Positions 8,611 through 18,476 of a stretch of 64,000 bases of DNA are shown here, piece after piece. The stretch comes from Candidatus Poseidoniales archaeon. Its GTDB lineage: Archaea > Thermoplasmatota > Poseidoniia > Poseidoniales > Poseidoniaceae. The stretch's first letter is position 1. Each line of letters begins with the position of its first letter. Under the pieces are notes generated by a model that was not told the origin of the DNA, searched no databases, and saw only the letters and a program-made list of their open reading frames with translations. Location: NCBI GenBank assembly GCA_038116375.1, contig JAYNUQ010000007.1, positions 1,093-65,092 of the forward strand, in the 5' to 3' direction. A program made the position numbers and the translations under genes.

Positions 8611-10734
8611 ATGCAACCATCTGCAGCCAACGAGGAGCCACGCCACGGTTCCTCTTCCGAAACAAACCGAGAACAGCCCGATGAACAACCCCCGCACCAC
8701 CGTCATCGACGATGGTTTACGGTGCTCCAAACGCTCACCCTCGTGGCGGCGTTACTCCTGGCCGTGTACAACAACGCCCTCCTCAACACGGCGCCCCAAG
8801 AAGACCTCGCCACGCCTTGGCTGGTTGAATCCGAGCCCTTTGCTCCTCTTGAACCGTGCAACGAGGGCGGTATTCGCCTCTACACCGGCTTCGACGTCAA
8901 CGGCAACGACCTCCTCGATGTGGGTGAACGCATGGACACCACCGTCCTGTGCAACGGGATGCGGGGCCTTTCTGGCCCTCAGGGCCAAGCGGGCGTGAAC
9001 GGCCTGGACGCCCACCACCAGATACTGGAAACCAACACCCTCCAGGAGGGCAACGAAACCTGCCCAGAAGGCGGGGCGGTGATGTCCAGCGGGTTGGACC
9101 TCAATCAAAACGAGGTGCTCGAAGAAAGCGAAGTCCTCAACCAAACGGTGCTCTGCAACGGAACGGTGGGGTTGAACGGTGCGGACGGCCTCCACGGAAC
9201 GAGCGGAGCGGCAGCACTTGTCGACAAGGTCGCTGCCCCTGCCTACATCTGTGCGGACGGGTTTCTCATTCGGTTCGGCGTGGACGACGGGTTCGGTCAA
9301 GGTCTTGCGTTCAACGGTCTGCTCGAGGCCGATGAGGTGCGTGAAACCCTCAACTTCTGTTTCGAACCGTTGCGTTCTGAACGGGTGACCGACCTGTTCT
9401 CGAATTCTGGGAACTCAATGACGACTGGGTGCGACGCTGCGGTCTGGTCCAACGCCCTGGCGGGGTTCTTTTTCGCCGCCAACGACGGCGTCAACGGGTG
9501 TGAATTGCACGTCCATCATCCCGAGACGAACACCACCTCACTGGTCGTCGACCTCCATGAAAACGGCGAGTCGCTCCCCGGACGAGACGTGGGCCTGAAC
9601 GCTCTTCAGGACGGGGCGATGTTGGTGTTTGACGCCACCGACGGAACGAACGCCCGTCAGCTTTGGGCCAGTGACGGAACGGCGACCGGCACCGCATTGT
9701 TGGGTCCCATCGAAGCCCTGCAGCCGGTGGCTTGGGCTGAAGGGTTACTGTTTCGTTCGCCAAGCCATCAACTGATGTGGACCAACGGCACCGATCTTCG
9801 TGACTGGTTGACCCTGCCCTCGTGGAATGCCAGCCAGCAGCAAAACGTCCAGAACCTCCTTTCCGACCTGGACAACATTGGCGAAGCATGGCTTCACGCC
9901 GACGAACATGCTGCGTGGTTCAGCGCCGCCGATGAATTTGGTGATGTGGAGCCGTACCGCTTGGACCGGGACGGAACCCTGACCGTATGGTCCGTGAACG
10001 ACTTTGGAAGCACCCAACTTTCCGACCTGCTCAGCGATGGGGACGATGCGTTGGCCGTCGGGGTTCGAGGCGGGGTGAAACAGGTGATTCGGCTGTACGA
10101 CAACGGCTCTCACGGGTGGCTGACCTCCATCGCCCCGGTGTCTGGCGACACCAACTTGGGCGAAGGGATGGGCTTGCAGCGTATCGGCGACAACCTCGTT
10201 TACGATGCGGTGGTCTCGTCCAACGAGGCACGGTTGTGGACCACCAACCTCGCCAACGGCATCACGCTCCAACTCAGCACCACCATCCTCGCTCCGGGAG
10301 CGCAGGTCGGCGTGGCCAATACTGGAGAACGCCTGCTGTTTGATTGCTTGACGGCAAGCCACGGCATGGAGACGTGCATCACCGACGGCACGCCGCAAGG
10401 CAGCCACGTGCTCCACGATTTGACGCCGGGTCTGATGTCCTCTGACCTTCGCGACATCGCTGCGGTCGGTGAAGGCTGGTTGGTTGTCAGTGACGGCTTG
10501 ATAGACGGCGTGTCGCAAGGAGTCGCCCTTTGGGCGGTGGAAGGGACGGCCATGCGTTTGGTCAGTGACCCGTGGACGGGGAACGGTAATTCCTCAGAGG
10601 CCTTGACCTACGGCCAGCTTCTCATTTCTCCCACCCAAGCATGGTACATCGCTCACGACGGTGTGCACGGTCATGAATGGCATCGCTACAGCCATGGAGA
10701 ACTCTCGGATGACTGGATCGTCATGCATCGTTGA
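8611..10734 (+). CDS. Type II membrane-anchored ELWxxDGT-repeat protein with Cys-bounded modules ending in short collagen-like GXY runs
   Basis: The N-terminal charged/His-rich segment is followed by a TM (WFTVLQTLTLVAALLLAVY). There are two CxxGG...D.N.N..L...E......VLCNG modules followed by GXY x5. Later come ELWxxDGT-like repeats (RQLWASDGTATGT, ARLWTTNLANGIT, VALWAVEGTAMRL). The track ORF begins at TTG 8590; I prefer ATG 8611. Confidence 0.7.
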   Translation: MQPSAANEEPRHGSSSETNREQPDEQPPHHRHRRWFTVLQTLTLVAALLLAVYNNALLNTAPQEDLATPWLVESEPFAPLEPCNEGGIRLYTGFDVNGNDLLDVGERMDTTVLCNGMRGLSGPQGQAGVNGLDAHHQILETNTLQEGNETCPEGGAVMSSGLDLNQNEVLEESEVLNQTVLCNGTVGLNGADGLHGTSGAAALVDKVAAPAYICADGFLIRFGVDDGFGQGLAFNGLLEADEVRETLNFCFEPLRSERVTDLFSNSGNSMTTGCDAAVWSNALAGFFFAANDGVNGCELHVHHPETNTTSLVVDLHENGESLPGRDVGLNALQDGAMLVFDATDGTNARQLWASDGTATGTALLGPIEALQPVAWAEGLLFRSPSHQLMWTNGTDLRDWLTLPSWNASQQQNVQNLLSDLDNIGEAWLHADEHAAWFSAADEFGDVEPYRLDRDGTLTVWSVNDFGSTQLSDLLSDGDDALAVGVRGGVKQVIRLYDNGSHGWLTSIAPVSGDTNLGEGMGLQRIGDNLVYDAVVSSNEARLWTTNLANGITLQLSTTILAPGAQVGVANTGERLLFDCLTASHGMETCITDGTPQGSHVLHDLTPGLMSSDLRDIAAVGEGWLVVSDGLIDGVSQGVALWAVEGTAMRLVSDPWTGNGNSSEALTYGQLLISPTQAWYIAHDGVHGHEWHRYSHGELSDDWIVMHR

Positions 10735-11590
10735 TGGGGACGAGGTTGGCGCGGTCGATGCAATAGGAGCAGGAAACACCGATCACGTAGTCAGGCGAAG
10801 TTTGTTCTTCTTTTGAAAGCGGTTCTCGGCACGCAAAGCAGACGACGACGTCGGTTTCGTTGAGCGTTGGGTCCACGGCCACGCGCTGGTCAAAGACAAA
10901 ACAGTCCCCGTTCCAATGCTTCCCACCAACGTTTTCGAAGTACCCGAGCACACCGCCCTTGAGTTGTTTCACCTTGGTGAAACCCGCCTCCATCATGATG
11001 GCGCTGGCTTTCTCACAACGAATGCCCCCCGTGCAAAACATGACCACGGGTTCGTCCTTCATCGATTCGGGAAGACGCTGAATGGCTTCCGGGAAGGCGC
11101 GAAAGGTCCGAATGTTGAGGTCGATGGCGTTCTCAAAGGTGCCGATGCGCAACTCGTAATCGTTCCTGGTGTCGAGGACGTGGACGGTTTCTCCCGCATC
11201 CAGCATGGCTTTGAAATCCGTTGGCTCAATCTCGTCTCCGGTCATGTCTGCAGGGCGGATGTGGTCCAATCCCACCGATATGATCTCGTTCTTCTTGCGT
11301 ACGTTCATCCGATTGAACGGTTGGTAATCCGTGAACGAGACCTTGAGGGGAATATCGGCGAACCGTTCGTCTTTGTCCAGAACATTGGTGAACGCTTCAA
11401 CGGATGCAGGTCGGCCCGCCAAGAAGAAATTGATGCCCTCTGGGGCCAACAAAATCGTGCCCTTCAGGCCAAGGTCTTCGCAGACGCTCCGCAACCTCGA
11501 CTGGAGCACATCTCGGTCGTTCAGGTCAACGAACCGATAACCGGCGATGTTCTTGATGGAGCCGGGCACGAAAAGCCGTGGAAAATCCAC
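10721..11590 (-). CDS. trhO: Rhodanese-domain protein, TrhO/YceA (UPF0176) family, putative tRNA U34 hydroxylase
   Basis: IAGYRFVDL...GTILLAPEGINFF in the N-domain, a rhodanese loop CTGGIRCEKAS, and a C-terminal Cys cluster CFACREPL...CSYC. No ATG is available before the conserved N-terminus, so the start is GTG at 11590 or 11569. Confidence 0.85.
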   Translation of the reverse strand: MDFPRLFVPGSIKNIAGYRFVDLNDRDVLQSRLRSVCEDLGLKGTILLAPEGINFFLAGRPASVEAFTNVLDKDERFADIPLKVSFTDYQPFNRMNVRKKNEIISVGLDHIRPADMTGDEIEPTDFKAMLDAGETVHVLDTRNDYELRIGTFENAIDLNIRTFRAFPEAIQRLPESMKDEPVVMFCTGGIRCEKASAIMMEAGFTKVKQLKGGVLGYFENVGGKHWNGDCFVFDQRVAVDPTLNETDVVVCFACREPLSKEEQTSPDYVIGVSCSYCIDRANLVPINDA

Positions 11591-11608
11591 TTTTTGAGTT
11601 CACCGACG

Positions 11609-13375
11609 TCATTCAACGCTTCGCCAATCATGGTTTGAGGCCAGCGGACGTCGCCAACCCTGCCCAAAGGCCCGAGACGAAACGCGGGGGGCAGGGGGCA
11701 TTTGCCAGCGTTTGTGTTCGTTTCGCTCAAGACGAGTCAGCACGTCCATCACCGTGGCGGACTCATGGCCCTGTGCGACAAGGTCGTCGGCGTTCAAGCC
11801 GCCTTCAATGTGGGCTCGCAGGATGGTGTCAAGAAGGTCGTAAGGAGGCAGGGTGTCTTGGTCGGTTTGGTCCGGCGCCAATTCCGCAGAAGGCGGTTTG
11901 GTCATCGTTGATGCGGACACGGGTTCAGGCAGACCTTGCGCCGTTGCTCGCTGGTTGAAACGGTCGGCCATGGCGTACACCTCCATCTTGTACACGTCGC
12001 CAAGCGGTGCGTAGCCGCCTGCCATGTCGCCGTAAAGCGTGCAATAGCCCTGAGCGATTTCCGATTTGTTTCCGGTGGTCACCGCCATGCTGCCGTTGGC
12101 GTTGGCATACCCCATCACCAGAAGAGCACGCAGACGTGCCTGAAGGTTCTCGCCAGCGACAGGAGCACCGCTCGAGAGCACATCAGCAAGGGAGGTCTCA
12201 ACGCTTGTGTGCATGGAATCGATGGTGTGAACGTGGTACTGAAGTCCTAAGGCTTGAGCGGTGTGAAAGGCATCGTCAACGGAGTGTTGCGAGGAATGAC
12301 GGCTCGGCATGGCGAGGCCGGTGACGTTGCCTGGGCCAATGGCCTCGGCGGCCACGCAGGCTGCGACCGCAGAATCGATGCCGCCAGAAAGCCCCAACAC
12401 GATGGAGGAAATCGAAGACTTGCGGCAGTAATCTGCCAGACCGGTCACAACGGCGTTGGTCAATTCCTCGATGGTGTCGATGACGTCGGCGCCATCATCC
12501 CCCGGTTCGAGCATCATCATTTCGGAAGCCCCAATGCACAAGGCGTCTTCAGCAGCACTCGCCACCCAACGGCACGCCTCGGGACTGTCCAAATCAACCA
12601 CCAGCACACCTTCCTGCCACGATGGAGCAACGACGGCACGACCGTCAGGCCAAACCACAAGACTGCGGCCGTCAAAGAGAAGATCGTCGTTTCCGCCGAC
12701 TTGATTGGCGAGCAAAAATGGATGGTCCAATACGGCTGCGGCGTGGCGAGCAACGGCGAGCCGCGTGATGAATTTCTCACTGTGAAAAGGCGAGGCTGAA
12801 AGGTTGACCGTGGCGTTGATGGCCACGCCTTGACGGCACCATTCTGCAATGTGTTCAATCGGGTCCTGAGCGTAGGATGAAGGGGTCATGCCTGCAGACT
12901 GCCAAGCGTCCTCGCACACGGTTACGCCCAAGGTCATGCCACCAAACGAGCGCGCCAAACCCGACCTGTTTTTTGCCGCAAAATAACGAGCCTCATCAAA
13001 CACATCGTAGGTGGGAAGGAGTTGCTTTTCAGCAACGATTCGCCCGTGGTCATCGTTGGTGATGCCGGACGATTCTGGGCCTGAACGTACCACGCCGTTG
13101 GTGGGGAGGGTACGGTCGTCTTCAGCAGGGATGGGCGTGCCGATCAGGACCGGCATTGGCGTGGACACCTCGAGGGCAGCCGACATCGACCGTTGAATGA
13201 AATCACGCTCCATCAAGAGGTCCCGTGGAGGATAGCCGCACACCGCCAGTTCAGTTGAAACGCCCACGTTCGCCCCTGCAAGCTGGGCCTGATGAGCCAA
13301 GGAAGTAAGCCGCTGACAATTCTGTTCGAGGTCCCCAACGGTCGGGTCAAATTGCAACAAACCGACCTTGCTCAT
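11609..13375 (-). CDS. nadE: Glutamine-dependent NAD+ synthetase (CN-hydrolase domain plus NAD synthase domain)
   Basis: MSKVGLLQFDPTVGDLEQN starts a nitrilase-type domain (VCEDAW). The PP-loop is GLSGGIDSAVAA. I chose ATG 13375; the longer track ORF (to 13594) would overlap the 3' end of the upstream giant gene and encodes Arg/Pro-rich junk. Confidence 0.9.
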   Translation of the reverse strand: MSKVGLLQFDPTVGDLEQNCQRLTSLAHQAQLAGANVGVSTELAVCGYPPRDLLMERDFIQRSMSAALEVSTPMPVLIGTPIPAEDDRTLPTNGVVRSGPESSGITNDDHGRIVAEKQLLPTYDVFDEARYFAAKNRSGLARSFGGMTLGVTVCEDAWQSAGMTPSSYAQDPIEHIAEWCRQGVAINATVNLSASPFHSEKFITRLAVARHAAAVLDHPFLLANQVGGNDDLLFDGRSLVVWPDGRAVVAPSWQEGVLVVDLDSPEACRWVASAAEDALCIGASEMMMLEPGDDGADVIDTIEELTNAVVTGLADYCRKSSISSIVLGLSGGIDSAVAACVAAEAIGPGNVTGLAMPSRHSSQHSVDDAFHTAQALGLQYHVHTIDSMHTSVETSLADVLSSGAPVAGENLQARLRALLVMGYANANGSMAVTTGNKSEIAQGYCTLYGDMAGGYAPLGDVYKMEVYAMADRFNQRATAQGLPEPVSASTMTKPPSAELAPDQTDQDTLPPYDLLDTILRAHIEGGLNADDLVAQGHESATVMDVLTRLERNEHKRWQMPPAPRVSSRAFGQGWRRPLASNHDWRSVE

Positions 13376-13397
13376 CCAATCGCCCCCGAACGGCACC

Positions 13398-16300
13398 TCA
13401 AGGGTGCTTGACGATTTCACCGTTGGCGTCCTTGTACCACCATTCATTGGTGGCTTTGTCGTGGTACCACCAGTAGCCGTCCGACCCCATGACCCAATCC
13501 GTTTCCGCTTCGCTGGAGGCGGTTGTTTCAACGGCAGCCGCGGTCGTCGCCGATACCGAAGCGACCTCGTATGCCTCGTCCTCATCGTCCTCAAATTCTG
13601 AAGAATACTCGTCCCAGTCGTAGTCGTCCTTGGAGCCCGAATTCACGGTCATGCGTCGCATCCATGTCAGAAGGGCGACAACAACGGAGAGCAGAAGCAA
13701 TCCAGTGATGCTCCCGATGATGGGGTTTACATCACCGAATAATTTCTGTGAAAAGCTGGGTTCTTCTGCGACACGAACGTCAATGGTTGGACCGCTGGCG
13801 GTCATGCCGTTGTCAAGCGTGGCCTCAACCCACTGCATGCCAGCGAGTTCAGGGCGCCAATCCACGGCGACCAATCCAATGGCGCCCGCCTCAGCAGTGA
13901 CCGATTCACGCTGGATGAGGGTACGCTCACCGTCCATGTTGACCGTTTCAAAGGTCACGGCAATCTCGCCCTGAAGAGTACCGATGTTTTCGACCTCGAG
14001 TTGGATGGACGTGGTATCGCCGACCTCCATCAGCAGCCTCGAGTAGGTCATGGCCGAAGGTGCCACGGTGAACTTTGGCTGAAGCCATTCCATGTTCCAC
14101 GTCGCCAAGAACGGATTGTTGAGGTTGCCGTTGAGCCCCGTGACGCTGTTGCCCGCAAGGTCCCGACCTGCGATGCTGATTTTGACCACCATGCGGTCGA
14201 TCAGCATCTCGTTGGTGATTTCACTGAGGTTCATGTCGGCGTAGAGTTCCAGACGAAGCCCGTCAAGTTCGCTTCCCTCAAGCGCCAAAGGCTCCCGTCC
14301 AGAGCGAATGACATCGCCTGTTTCGAAGTCCTCAACCTGCCACACAAGTTCAAGGGATTGAAGATCAAGTCCACCAAGTTCCTCAACCACCACTCGAACT
14401 TCGTGGTTCTCGCCACCAAGGATGGCCAGCGGTCGTGGAGAGAGGACCTCTTGGGGCGCTGGGCCCGTGCCGTCAACGACGATCCACTTCACCGATGTTT
14501 CCTGGTCGGTCATGTCAACCCCTTGACCTTCAAGGCAACCAACTTCCCAGGTCATGGGAAGGGAACCCGAGGAAGCGGGTGCTTCAACGGCCATGGACCA
14601 GATGCCCTCGCTCGCTGCAGCCGAGTAGGTCTTCCCAGCAAACAACACGTCAACCTGACAGTCAAAGTCGGGCACGGTAGAAGTCTCTGCAAACACCAAA
14701 CCGCCTGAGATTTCCATTGGCGTTAACGGAGTGACCCGAGCCCCGTCTCCGAGGAAGGAACCTCGGGTCAGGTGGAGGTTGACACTTTCTTCAGGGATGG
14801 CGAGGCCAGCAGAAAATCGCCAGCGATGTTCGGGGAAGTTTCGCATTTCCTCTTGACCGGCTCGGTCGACCACGAGAATGGCAGGTTCACGCCGGTTCTC
14901 TCCCAGGTCGGGCGTGTTCCAACCAAAGTGAAGATGGATGTTGAGCACGAGGTCCTTTTCGTACGGGTCGGCCACACCGTTTTGGCCCAACATGGTGCAC
15001 TGGTCAATGAAGACGTGCGTTGAGGTGGTGGTGCAGGCCCCCGTTTCAAACGCCCACTGAATGCTCATTGAGTCGCTTCCTTGGTTGCTGGCGAGCATGA
15101 CCTCGACCGTTGACAAATCCGAACCGCCGTTGGGTTCGCTGATCTTCACGTTGAGTTCGTAAGGCTGTGCTGGATGGAGCCAGGCCATTCGCCCCTTGGC
15201 CCAAGAAAAGGCATCGGGGGCGAGGTCGGGAGCACCGTCCACCGCCAACTGATAGACGAAGAGTTGCTCGCCTTCTTCTGCACTGCCACCGTCTTGAATC
15301 GCATACCCCGACGGGTCGGTTCCTTCCAAGTACACGGCCACCTTCTGACCGAGACTTCCGTCGGTGTCGTCGATCATCAACGTGTAGATGCCCGTGAGGG
15401 CCGTCAAGTCGCTGGGAAGGAGCATTGCTACGGGACTGAATTCACCGGCATCCGGCCAGCCGTTCATGTTGGCATCGTCCACCCACTCCTTCCAGACCAT
15501 CGCAGTGACCGCATTTGGAAGAACGGGTTGGTCCATGATGGTGACTTGCATCACTTGGGTCGGACTTGGTGTGCGATGGTCGTAGCGATACATCGACGTC
15601 TCGGTTACCCTTGGTTTGACCGAGTCCACCGTGAAGGTTCGACTCAATGAACTGGGCTCAACCACCGACGAGCCGTTGAGCGAGACCAGTCCCACTTCCC
15701 ACGTCACGTCGCCGTAGGTGAACGGGATGTTTTCAGTGAAATTCCAGTAAGCTCCGTCGAGGGCGGTGGTGTTTCGAACGGCCACACCGTCTCGATAGAG
15801 CGTAACCTCTGCGTCACCGTCGACGAACCCGCGGACCGCCGAGACACCCTCAAATCCGACCTCTATGGAGAGGTTCATCGATTCTCCACCTCGCAAGTAC
15901 TGCCGAGTGGGAGCCATGTCAACGCCGTCCTCGGAGAACACCACGGACTTCAGCGCAAGGTCGTTCTCGTAGCCTTGTGCGTTGAACGTGCCCCAGGTGT
16001 GTGAGAACGGAATGGAGATGACGCCGCTTTGCAAGACGAGGCGTGAGGTGGCTGTAAGTTGCATTTCATCGTCCCACATCGGACGAAGACGGAAGGTGAT
16101 GTTGGTCATGACGTTCATGCCGTCTTCCGTGATCTCGATGGCGTCGGTTGGATGGAGTTCAACCATGGAGGCATCGCCCAGTCCCGCAGGTCCGCCGCCT
16201 TCGGCAGGGAACAAGTAGGTGGCTTGGTTGGATTTGCTGTACACGTCGAGCCGGTAGTGGGTGATGGTCCCTCCGATGACTTGGTACTCGGTGGTGATGG

Positions 16301-18476
16301 TCTGCCATTCCTTCGAAGGCGTGAGAACGGGCTGTGCGTCCACCATGCCGCCGTCTTGGAGCAGAACCGTGCTGGAGGTTTGAAGGGAAACGACTTCAAC
16401 GGTCAAGCCGCCGCGCTGGTCGGCGATGAAGGGCAAGGGGACGGTTTGCACTCCACCGACGTTTTGGACGCCCGTTCGGGCCTCGTTCACGCCCATCACG
16501 AAGGACGAAGAGGCATCGGCAACAAGATTGTGTGAGGCGTTGTAGGTGGCTCTGAGGCCGGCGAGGACGGTGGTGCCGCTTCCCGAGACCTCAACACGAG
16601 CCTCGGTAAAGTCCGTACCCAAAACATCAACCGAATTCCCGGTGTTCGCCAGCGCATTGGTGAAATCGGCCAATTCGCTTCCGTTGAGATGGAACATGCC
16701 GCTGTTGCTTGAATCAATGCTCCTGTTGGCAACCAAGATGTTCTGGACAAAGAGAGCGATTTCGAGCACCGTGCCCGTTTCGGCTGCGTAGCTGAATCCG
16801 AAGGAACTCAAATCCTCCGAGGGCACCCAAACCTTGCCGACCGTTGGGGCGCCCGACGTGAGTGCAAGTTCCATCCGCTCCTCCGCATTGGCGAAGCGGT
16901 CTTGCCAACCCCATGTTCCCACGCGTGCGTCTTCACCGCCCCACTCGTACCGCTGGTCGAGGTTGAAATCCAACGTGGGCCGGGCAGGGTGTTGGCCGCC
17001 AAACATGTCCATTTCGAGGGCTTCGACGTTCCAAGCGGTGAAATTGCTCATGTTCCCGTCGGCAGGAAGCAAGGAAACCACACGGGCTTGCATCCCCACG
17101 GTGTTTTGGTCAGGTGTCGGTGCATAGGGCAGAGAGACGTTCGTCCAGGCATCGTCGGGATGAGAGCGAACTTGCACCTGTCCGTTGGCCACCGAACCGT
17201 CCAGGCCCACGTCGTACAACGGGGCATGCGCCAACATCCACGGAGAGGTCAAGGTTGAGTTGGCCTGAGAGCCGATGACGCCGATTCCAGGGACGTAGGC
17301 CGCATCGCTCAACGTCCAGCCACGGGTGGTTGGGTCGGTGACGAAGGTTTCTCGGTAGGCGCCATCGCCAGCGATGGAGTGCACCTCGGGGATGCCCGAC
17401 TCGCTGCCTTTGAATTCAAGGTGAAGGCGGAACTGGTCCACGAGATCGTGGTCGAGAAGATTGAGCGGAACGATGAGGTCGTTGGTACCCTGCATGCCAG
17501 GTATGACCTCGCCTGCTGTATTGAGAACCGACCAGTTGAGGAACGCCCCGTTGGGAATGTCGGCTTCGATGGACAACGGCGCATAGGTGTCGGCCGCAAG
17601 GGTTTGCGTCGAACCGACCTTGTGGCCCATCGTTGGGCTGGTCCAGTTGGACTCTGGTGGCGTGGCGATACGGATGTCGTCAACAAACCAATAATCGCAG
17701 CAGGTGCTGCTGCCGCTGGTCTGGTGGATGCGGAATTGCGAGTTGGCGTGAATCGCAGCCGCTGGCAAGGTGGTCATGAACTGGAAGTTCGACGTTTGAG
17801 ACCCACCCCCGCTGAAGGTTTGGAACACCGTCCATCCGCCTGCAGCAGTCTTGTATTGGAACTGAAGGTTCTCCCCGCTGTCCGGCGTTTCACCGCACCC
17901 AGAGCGCCCTTCGTGAACCCAAGCGTGGAACGGGATGTTGGCGCCGCCTGCGAGGTTCACCACCGGTGAAGTACCGTAGGTCGAGCCGGCATAGGTTCGA
18001 AGCGAACCCCCAGAGGTGCCGTTGTACCCGCAGGAGGGAGAGGTGACTCGTGCGGTGTAGGAATTTGAGAAGGTCCAACCCTGATTGTTGGTGTTGAAAT
18101 CCCAAAGAAGGCCCGGTGATGACCCTGTCAAAACCCCGCTGGACACGGTGGAGCCGTTGGAGATGGCGTCGGCATGGTTCCAATCGCTTTCACTTTCCCA
18201 AACAAACCCAGACTGCGTGGGAAGCACCTTCGGCGTGAATTTCAACTCGGCGTTCACCAGCGGCTCCCCGTTGGGTAAATCCAACGTGAACATCGTGTTG
18301 GGATTGGTCGTCAGGGTCAGGTCCATCTCGTCGCCCTGACCGGCTTGCATGACCTCATGTTCTGGCTCCAAAACTGACGTCTCTTCAGTGGACGGAGCGA
18401 CCGCATTGAGCCAACTGCTCATGACAAAGAGCACGACCAAGATGAGAGCCTGTGCATGGGCACGCCTACCCGCCAT
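13398..18476 (-). CDS. Giant (1692 aa) type I membrane-anchored surface protein with a jelly-roll (MAM/LamG-like) domain, multiple Ig-like domains, a C-terminal TM and a cytoplasmic acidic/Trp-rich tail
   Basis: Signal-peptide-like start MAGRRAHAQALILVVLFVMSSWLNAVAP at ATG 18476. MAM-like segment GWTFSN...SPSCGYNG...CCDYWFVDDIRI. Many N-x-S/T sequons. TM IIGSITGLLLLSVVVALLTW, then RRM. The tail ends DWVMGSDGYWWYHDKATNEWWYKDANGEIVKHP. Confidence 0.8.
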   Translation of the reverse strand: MAGRRAHAQALILVVLFVMSSWLNAVAPSTEETSVLEPEHEVMQAGQGDEMDLTLTTNPNTMFTLDLPNGEPLVNAELKFTPKVLPTQSGFVWESESDWNHADAISNGSTVSSGVLTGSSPGLLWDFNTNNQGWTFSNSYTARVTSPSCGYNGTSGGSLRTYAGSTYGTSPVVNLAGGANIPFHAWVHEGRSGCGETPDSGENLQFQYKTAAGGWTVFQTFSGGGSQTSNFQFMTTLPAAAIHANSQFRIHQTSGSSTCCDYWFVDDIRIATPPESNWTSPTMGHKVGSTQTLAADTYAPLSIEADIPNGAFLNWSVLNTAGEVIPGMQGTNDLIVPLNLLDHDLVDQFRLHLEFKGSESGIPEVHSIAGDGAYRETFVTDPTTRGWTLSDAAYVPGIGVIGSQANSTLTSPWMLAHAPLYDVGLDGSVANGQVQVRSHPDDAWTNVSLPYAPTPDQNTVGMQARVVSLLPADGNMSNFTAWNVEALEMDMFGGQHPARPTLDFNLDQRYEWGGEDARVGTWGWQDRFANAEERMELALTSGAPTVGKVWVPSEDLSSFGFSYAAETGTVLEIALFVQNILVANRSIDSSNSGMFHLNGSELADFTNALANTGNSVDVLGTDFTEARVEVSGSGTTVLAGLRATYNASHNLVADASSSFVMGVNEARTGVQNVGGVQTVPLPFIADQRGGLTVEVVSLQTSSTVLLQDGGMVDAQPVLTPSKEWQTITTEYQVIGGTITHYRLDVYSKSNQATYLFPAEGGGPAGLGDASMVELHPTDAIEITEDGMNVMTNITFRLRPMWDDEMQLTATSRLVLQSGVISIPFSHTWGTFNAQGYENDLALKSVVFSEDGVDMAPTRQYLRGGESMNLSIEVGFEGVSAVRGFVDGDAEVTLYRDGVAVRNTTALDGAYWNFTENIPFTYGDVTWEVGLVSLNGSSVVEPSSLSRTFTVDSVKPRVTETSMYRYDHRTPSPTQVMQVTIMDQPVLPNAVTAMVWKEWVDDANMNGWPDAGEFSPVAMLLPSDLTALTGIYTLMIDDTDGSLGQKVAVYLEGTDPSGYAIQDGGSAEEGEQLFVYQLAVDGAPDLAPDAFSWAKGRMAWLHPAQPYELNVKISEPNGGSDLSTVEVMLASNQGSDSMSIQWAFETGACTTTSTHVFIDQCTMLGQNGVADPYEKDLVLNIHLHFGWNTPDLGENRREPAILVVDRAGQEEMRNFPEHRWRFSAGLAIPEESVNLHLTRGSFLGDGARVTPLTPMEISGGLVFAETSTVPDFDCQVDVLFAGKTYSAAASEGIWSMAVEAPASSGSLPMTWEVGCLEGQGVDMTDQETSVKWIVVDGTGPAPQEVLSPRPLAILGGENHEVRVVVEELGGLDLQSLELVWQVEDFETGDVIRSGREPLALEGSELDGLRLELYADMNLSEITNEMLIDRMVVKISIAGRDLAGNSVTGLNGNLNNPFLATWNMEWLQPKFTVAPSAMTYSRLLMEVGDTTSIQLEVENIGTLQGEIAVTFETVNMDGERTLIQRESVTAEAGAIGLVAVDWRPELAGMQWVEATLDNGMTASGPTIDVRVAEEPSFSQKLFGDVNPIIGSITGLLLLSVVVALLTWMRRMTVNSGSKDDYDWDEYSSEFEDDEDEAYEVASVSATTAAAVETTASSEAETDWVMGSDGYWWYHDKATNEWWYKDANGEIVKHP

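Noticed and set aside
9745-10518. Other long antisense or shadow ORFs: 9745..10518 (-), 5725..6420 (+), 10916..11638 (+), 12254..12799 (+), 14001..14708 (+), 17379..17969 (+), 28524..29228 (-), 30753..31355 (-), 34914..35636 (+), 37291..38121 (+), 49653..50282 (+), 51481..52086 (+), 54099..54755 (+), 59556..60125 (-), 61295..61939 (-), 61660..62253 (+)
   Set aside because: Each overlaps a motif-supported gene on the opposite strand or in another frame. All have the Arg/Gly/Pro/His-rich composition expected from non-coding frames of GC-rich genes.
13376-13594. 5' extensions of track ORFs: nadE to 13594, giant protein to 18767, mvk from 38386, paralogue A from 40440, paralogue B from 44067, S8 protease to 56564, PGI/PMI from 60716, SDR to 6822, lipoprotein from 22677
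   Set aside because: The extensions overlap neighbouring genes or promoters and encode junk-like sequence. Internal ATG starts give canonical N-termini (signal peptides, Rossmann motif, GHMP motif) and often ATGA coupling or a GGAGG upstream.
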